A DNA stretch of 10,306 nt from Microcoleaceae cyanobacterium (GTDB lineage: Bacteria > Cyanobacteriota > Cyanobacteriia > Cyanobacteriales > Microcoleaceae). Position numbers and translations under genes: made by a program. The DNA is taken from the NCBI GenBank assembly GCA_051652765.1, contig JBOFUV010000005.1, positions 1 through 10,306 on the forward strand. The letters run 5' to 3'. Of the stretch, positions 5,771 to 10,306 are shown piece after piece. Positions within the stretch are counted from its first letter, which is position 1, and each line of letters begins with the position of its first letter. The notes below the pieces were generated by a model that saw only the letters and a list, made by a program, of their open reading frames with translations, searched no databases and was not told the DNA's origin.

Positions 5771-6781
5771 TTGAAGATTCCGAGTTCAATCTTGACCTTG
5801 ATTTTTGGGATTGCGATTACGCTCATCAGTCTGTGGTACGGTCAAAATAATGGTTTGATGCCCATTGCCGCCTCCTTCGAGGCAGAGGAAGTAGATGTTC
5901 TGTTCGAGGCAATGCTGACCGTTGCTTTTGGCCTCGTGCTACTGGTTGAGGGTGTTTTGGTAGTCTGCCTATTTCAGTTCCGGCAGCGCAAGGGGGATAA
6001 CTCCGATGGCCCTCCAATTCATGGCAATATTCCTCTAGAGATTTTTTGGACTGCGATCCCTGCCTTTATTGTCTTGGCAATCGGGATCTACAGTTTTGAG
6101 ATCTACAACGAGATGGGCGGTCTTGATCCAATGGTTTCAGGGGCCATGGCTCATCATCACAACGGATCGGGAACAGCGATCGCGGCTTCTTTATCAGGTT
6201 CAGAAGACACTGAATCCCCTCAGCGGACGCAGATTGCCATTGGTATTGGGGCTTCTCCCAGTCAGCAGGGAACTCCGGCTGATGTTGTAGTTGATGTAAC
6301 TGGGTTGCAGTATGCCTGGATTTTCAACTACCAGGGCAGCGGCGTAACTGGAGGCGAGTTGCATGTTCCGGTTAATCAAGATATTCAGTTGAATATCACG
6401 GCTCAGGATGTCCTGCACGCCTTTTGGTTGCCTGAATTGCGACTAAAACAGGATGCAATGCCGGGACGCACCACTGAACTTCGGTTCAGGCCGACAAAAG
6501 TTGGAACCTACCCTGTGATCTGTGCTGAACTTTGTGGCGGGTATCACGGTGCCATGAGAACTCAAATGATTGTTGAGACTCAGGAAGACTACGAGGCTTG
6601 GGTGCAGCAGAGTACCGTTGCTCAAGTGGCCAATTCTCAGCACACGGTTGCTCTGAATCCGGCTGATCTCTCTGAAGCCGGGTTTCTGGCTCCCTACGAA
6701 GCAGAATTGGGGATCAAAACGGAGGTTCTGGCTCAGCTTCAACCAGAGCATTTCTCTCATCATTCCCTGGCTCACCCCTAA
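5771..6781 (+). CDS. ctaC: Cytochrome c oxidase subunit II (CoxB)
   Basis: Signal/TM segment plus two TM helices, IHGNIPLEIFWTAIP, QYAWIF, DVLHAFW and a complete CuA motif CAELCGGYHGAM (6521-6556). TTG start with a strong SD. Confidence 0.97.
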   Translation: MKIPSSILTLIFGIAITLISLWYGQNNGLMPIAASFEAEEVDVLFEAMLTVAFGLVLLVEGVLVVCLFQFRQRKGDNSDGPPIHGNIPLEIFWTAIPAFIVLAIGIYSFEIYNEMGGLDPMVSGAMAHHHNGSGTAIAASLSGSEDTESPQRTQIAIGIGASPSQQGTPADVVVDVTGLQYAWIFNYQGSGVTGGELHVPVNQDIQLNITAQDVLHAFWLPELRLKQDAMPGRTTELRFRPTKVGTYPVICAELCGGYHGAMRTQMIVETQEDYEAWVQQSTVAQVANSQHTVALNPADLSEAGFLAPYEAELGIKTEVLAQLQPEHFSHHSLAHP

Positions 6782-6830
6782 GTCTGGTTAAGTAAGTCTG
6801 GTTAAGCAAGTCCACTTAAGTCCACTCAAA
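6779..6830 (+). repeat. Short tandem duplications filling the ctaC-ctaD spacer
   Basis: TAAGTCTGGTTAAG x2 (6779-6806, perfect) followed by CAAGTCCACT TAAGTCCACT CAAA (10-bp unit). Confidence 0.85.
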
Positions 6831-6840
6831 TCCTGCACCT

Positions 6841-8586
6841 ATGACACAAGCAGAACTCAATCTGACAACAAATAGCCCGATGGCCCCCGAAGAGGGGGAG
6901 AGACGCTGGTGGCACTACTTCACCTTTAGTACTGACCACAAGGTTATTGGGATTCAGTACATTGTGACGGCCTTTATTTTCTTCCTGATAGGGGGAGTCA
7001 TGGCTGGTATCGTTCGGGCTGAACTGACAACACCTGATCCTGATTTGATTAGTCCAGAGCTGTACAACAGCATTTTCACAATTCACGGAACGATTATGAT
7101 CTTTCTGTGGATTGTGCCAGCGGGGGCAGGCTTTGCCAATTATTTGATCCCGCTGATGATTGGGGCCAAGGATATGGCCTTTCCTCGGCTTAATGCAGTT
7201 GCCTTTTGGCTGATTCCACCTTCGGGAATTTTGCTACTCCTGAGCTTCTTGGTTGAATCTCCCCAAGCTGGGTGGACATCCTATCCTCCCCTGAGTTTGG
7301 TGAGTGGCAAGATTGGTGAGGAGATTTGGATTTTAAGTGTCTTGCTCTCTGGAACAGCATCGATTTTGGGGGCGGTCAACTTCGGGATTACCATTTTTAA
7401 GATGCGGGTTCCGAGTATGGCCCTGAATCAGATGCCCTTGCTGTGCTGGGCGATGATTGCCACTTCGGCTCTGATTTTGCTTTCTACTCCTGTATTGGCA
7501 GGGGCGTTGGTTTTGCTGTCCTTTGACCTACTGGCTGGAACCAGTTTCTTCAATCCTTCTGGCGGGGGAGATCCGGTGGTTTACCAGCACTTATTCTGGT
7601 TTTATTCCCATCCGGCGGTGTACATTATGGTGCTGCCGTTCTTTGGAATTATTTCGGAAGTGATTCCGGTTCATTCTCGCAAGCCAATTTTTGGATATCA
7701 GGCGATCGCTTACTCCAGTTTGGCAATTAGCTTTTTGGGCTTTATCGTCTGGGCCCACCATATGTATACCAGTGGGACTCCAGGCTGGTTACGAATGTTC
7801 TTTATGATCGCGACCATGGTGATTGCTATCCCGACTGGGATTAAAGTCTTTAGTTGGTTGGCTACCATGTGGGGCGGCAAGCTCAGACTGAACAGTGCCA
7901 TGTTGTTTGCGATGGGGTTTGTTTCTACCTTTGTGATTGGCGGGGTAACTGGGGTCATGTTGGCATCTGTGCCGTTTGATATTCATGTCCACGACACCTA
8001 TTTTGTAGTGGCCCACTTTCATTACGTTCTGTTTGGTGGGGCTGTATTTGGCATCTATTCAGGCATGTACCACTGGTTCCCCAAGATGACGGGGCGTATG
8101 ATTAATGAAACCTGGGGTCGAGTGCATTTTGTGTTGACTCTGATCGGCGCAAACCTGACTTTTATGCCCATGCATATTTTGGGACTCCAAGGAATGCCCC
8201 GACGAGTTGCCATGTACGATCCAAAGTTTGCTGACCTTAACGTCGTCTGTACGATTGGGACGGCGATTCTGGCTGTATCTACAATTCCCTTTGTCATTAA
8301 CGCGGTTTGGAGTTGGGCAAAAGGGCCAAAAGCTCCTGCAAATCCTTGGGAGGCTCTCACGCTGGAATGGATGACCTCTTCTCCGCCTCCGATTGAGAAC
8401 TTCCACCATACTCCTGTTCTGTTGACTGGCCCCTACGACTATGGCATGAAGCGAACTCTAGCAATTCGTGAGCGTCTGAAGCAATTGGCTAGCTCAATGG
8501 TCTCAACAACGCGGGAAGCGGGGATTCCTCTGGCAGAAGCGCGGTCTTCCTCACTGTTGGGTGAAGATGGCTCTGGCAACTCGTGA
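6841..8586 (+). CDS. ctaD: Cytochrome c oxidase subunit I (CoxA), type A2 heme-copper oxidase
   Basis: Motifs STDHKVIG, TIHGTIMIF, DMAFPRLN (D-channel), GGGDPVVYQHLFWFYSHPAVY, WAHHM, PTGIKVF (K-channel), HDTYFVVAHFHYV and GMPRR. Confidence 0.99.
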   Translation: MTQAELNLTTNSPMAPEEGERRWWHYFTFSTDHKVIGIQYIVTAFIFFLIGGVMAGIVRAELTTPDPDLISPELYNSIFTIHGTIMIFLWIVPAGAGFANYLIPLMIGAKDMAFPRLNAVAFWLIPPSGILLLLSFLVESPQAGWTSYPPLSLVSGKIGEEIWILSVLLSGTASILGAVNFGITIFKMRVPSMALNQMPLLCWAMIATSALILLSTPVLAGALVLLSFDLLAGTSFFNPSGGGDPVVYQHLFWFYSHPAVYIMVLPFFGIISEVIPVHSRKPIFGYQAIAYSSLAISFLGFIVWAHHMYTSGTPGWLRMFFMIATMVIAIPTGIKVFSWLATMWGGKLRLNSAMLFAMGFVSTFVIGGVTGVMLASVPFDIHVHDTYFVVAHFHYVLFGGAVFGIYSGMYHWFPKMTGRMINETWGRVHFVLTLIGANLTFMPMHILGLQGMPRRVAMYDPKFADLNVVCTIGTAILAVSTIPFVINAVWSWAKGPKAPANPWEALTLEWMTSSPPPIENFHHTPVLLTGPYDYGMKRTLAIRERLKQLASSMVSTTREAGIPLAEARSSSLLGEDGSGNS

Positions 8587-8591
8587 TCAAC

Positions 8592-8625
8592 CTGGGGTTT
8601 GGCTCGGGTTTGGGCCTGACCCCGG
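8592..8625 (+). other. Intercistronic RNA stem-loop after the ctaD stop
   Basis: CTGGGGTT/GACCCCGG and GGCTCG/TGGGCC pair to give 14 bp with four G-U pairs, one U-U mismatch and a GGUU loop. Confidence 0.55.
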
Positions 8626-8674
8626 CAATTTTCCGGTCTATGGTTCTTTGTTCATTATTTGTGGTTAGACGTTC

Positions 8675-9301
8675 ATGCAAAGTCCAGCAATTAACGATTC
8701 ACAGATCGTTCCCAGCTATCAAGCCGTCGTGGCAGATGTTCATGGAGAACACGGAGAAGAACACCCTGACCTTCGGATGCTTGGGGTTTTTGTATTCCTT
8801 GTAGCTGAAAGCATGATCTTCCTGAGCATGTTCATGGCTTATTTAATTTACCGCTCGTCGGCTGAGGTTTGGCCTCCCGATGGGATTGAACGGGAACTTC
8901 TCCTCCCAGGAATAAATACCTTGATTCTGATCTCGAGTAGCTTTGTGATGAATCGAGGGGCAGCAGCGATTAAAAAAGACGACACCCCAGGGTTACGGTT
9001 TTGGTTCTTGATCACGGCTTTGATGGGGATTGTTTTCTTGTCAGGTCAGGTTTACGAATACACGGGTTTAGACTATGGTTTGACAACCAATCTCTATGCC
9101 AGTTCATTTTATGTATTGACTGCGTTCCATGGAATGCACGTTTCTTTTGGGGTTATCTTGATTCTGGCAGTCCTCTGGCGCAATCGCCAACAGGGACATT
9201 ACTCGAAGGAGTCCCACTTTGGCCCGGAAGCGGCTGAACTCTATTGGCACTTTGTTGATGTGATCTGGATTGTTCTATTCATTTTGCTCTATCTGCTTTA
9301 G
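8675..9301 (+). CDS. ctaE: Cytochrome c oxidase subunit III (CoxC)
   Basis: Motifs GVFVFLVAESMIF, NTLILISSSF, FLSGQVYEY, FYVLTAFHGMHV and LYWHFVDVIW. Third gene of the operon. Confidence 0.97.
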   Translation: MQSPAINDSQIVPSYQAVVADVHGEHGEEHPDLRMLGVFVFLVAESMIFLSMFMAYLIYRSSAEVWPPDGIERELLLPGINTLILISSSFVMNRGAAAIKKDDTPGLRFWFLITALMGIVFLSGQVYEYTGLDYGLTTNLYASSFYVLTAFHGMHVSFGVILILAVLWRNRQQGHYSKESHFGPEAAELYWHFVDVIWIVLFILLYLL

Positions 9302-9321
9302 GGCAAATCAAGTTCTAGAGG

Positions 9322-9353
9322 AAAATCCCGCTCTATCTGGAGTGGGATTTTTT
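9322..9353 (+). terminator. Rho-independent terminator of ctaCDE
   Basis: Stem AAAATCCCGCTCT / GGAGTGGGATTTT with an ATCT loop and a T6 tract, 20 nt after the ctaE stop. Confidence 0.85.
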
Positions 9354-9408
9354 GTTCAGTCAGTGACTGCAATTAAAATACTGGTGTTAAACGTTCTCAA
9401 ACTTAACG

Positions 9409-10306
9409 ATGAGCCTATCTCTGCTCAGTCTGACTGTCCTTAGTTGCAAGTCGCTGTTGGGTAATCCTCTGCGTTCAGGGCTGTCTGTGATTGGGGTATT
9501 TATGGGGGTGGCAGCGGTCAGTGCCACTTTACAAGTGGGCAAGATTAGTCAGGCGGTGATTACCCAGCAACTCGCCGAACGAGACGCGCCGCAAGTGCAA
9601 ATCTATGCCGACCGTCACCCTGTCACCCGGCAGCGAGCCCAACTCACCCTAAAAGATATTGAATTTTTGCAGCAACAGCTTGATCAAGTCCAGGCAATCA
9701 GTGGCATGAACTGGATTCGCCAGCAACCTCAAGTCTTGTTTCAAGATCAAACGGCTAATCCCTTTGCCATGGCTGTTGCCCCAAATTTCTTGCTCACGAC
9801 GGGCAAAACATTGATTCAGGGACGAGATTTCTCCACCGCAGATTATGAACAGTATCGACCGGTCGTCATCATTGATCGCTATCTCGCAGAGACTTTATTT
9901 CAAGGCAAGAATGCCGTTGGTCAGATCATCTATCTGAACCTCAGACCCTATGCTGTTTTAGGGATATTACCGACTGATCCGGCTGCCACGGAACCTCAAG
10001 GTGAATTATTCATCCCCACGGCAATTCACAGTACTACCACTGGAAAACGGGAGATGAACATCCTGATTCTGCGGCCCTATCGTTTGGAAGACCTGGAATC
10101 GGTTCAGGAGAAGACCATAGCACTGCTCGAACAGCGATTTCCGGGGTATTCCTTCTGGGCCTGGAACACGGTTGAGGATATTCTGACGCAACAAAAAACC
10201 TTGGAATCTGTGTCCAAGGCGTTGCTGGTGGTCGGCGCGATCGCCCTACTGGTTGGGGGCGTGGGCATTGCCAATATTACGATTGCATCAGTAATCGAGC
10301 GGACTC
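9409..10306 (+). CDS. ABC transporter permease, MacB/FtsX family (periplasmic core domain plus start of the FtsX domain); 3' end runs off the window
   Basis: Manual translation from ATG 9409 is open to the edge: MSLSLLSLTVLSCKSLLGNPLRSGLSVIGVFMGVAAV...QGRDFSTADYEQYRPVVIIDRYLAETLFQGKNAVGQII...AIALLVGGVGIANITIASVIERT. These are classic MacB-family motifs. No N-terminal ATPase is fused. Not in the ORF track. Confidence 0.93.
   Translation, partial: MSLSLLSLTVLSCKSLLGNPLRSGLSVIGVFMGVAAVSATLQVGKISQAVITQQLAERDAPQVQIYADRHPVTRQRAQLTLKDIEFLQQQLDQVQAISGMNWIRQQPQVLFQDQTANPFAMAVAPNFLLTTGKTLIQGRDFSTADYEQYRPVVIIDRYLAETLFQGKNAVGQIIYLNLRPYAVLGILPTDPAATEPQGELFIPTAIHSTTTGKREMNILILRPYRLEDLESVQEKTIALLEQRFPGYSFWAWNTVEDILTQQKTLESVSKALLVVGAIALLVGGVGIANITIASVIERT

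Larger units (their letters stand above)
696..10244. repeat. HIP1 octamers (GCGATCGC), 8 dispersed copies
   Basis: Copies start at 696, 1404, 2282, 2774, 4104, 6176, 7702 and 10237. About 0.15 would be expected by chance in 10 kb. This enrichment is a hallmark of many cyanobacterial genomes. Confidence 0.92.

Noticed and set aside
5580..5774. 64-aa upstream ORF whose stop overlaps the ctaC start (TTGA), suggesting translational coupling
   Set aside because: TTG followed by A automatically creates that TGA. The ORF has no SD or protein-like features and runs through probable promoter motifs.
6779..6830. Repeats considered as a mini-CRISPR or an IS target-site duplication
   Set aside because: The units are 10-14 bp and directly adjacent, with no spacers, cas genes, transposase or terminal inverted repeats.
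8444..8586. C-terminal extension of CtaD as a possible fused domain or read-through product
   Set aside because: Variable low-complexity tails after GPYDYG are usual in cyanobacterial CoxA, and no motif is visible.
8594..8614. G-runs as a G-quadruplex
   Set aside because: Only three runs have 3 or more G, and the hairpin explains the sequence better.
2435..10194. Remaining short track ORFs inside the hypothetical gene, ctaA, ctaC, ctaD, ctaE and the permease, including 8583..8804 and 10006..10194
   Set aside because: They overlap well-supported CDSs in other frames or on the opposite strand and show no independent coding evidence.

Overview
Cyanobacterial chromosomal window (8 perfect HIP1 octamers, GCGATCGC), mostly housekeeping. 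Left to right: a 3'-truncated Zam-like RNB/RNase R-family gene (- strand, 1718 to the window edge, absent from the ORF track); a divergent 251-aa hypothetical protein; ctaA-ctaB (heme A and heme O synthases, - strand); a ~770-bp divergent control region; the aa3-type cytochrome c oxidase operon ctaC-ctaD-ctaE (coxBAC) with an intrinsic terminator; and a 3'-truncated MacB/FtsX-type ABC permease (9409 to the edge, also absent from the track). I see no mobile element, CRISPR array, tRNA or rRNA. The best lead for new biology is the head-to-head pair at the left end: a probably nuclease-dead, Cys-bearing RNB protein and an uncharacterised protein whose N-terminal domain looks like a dsRBD/Rad52-Erf-type fold. 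That reading is inference from motif patterns and was not tested by any search. Candidate regulatory motifs and repeat-built spacers around the cox genes are secondary leads.
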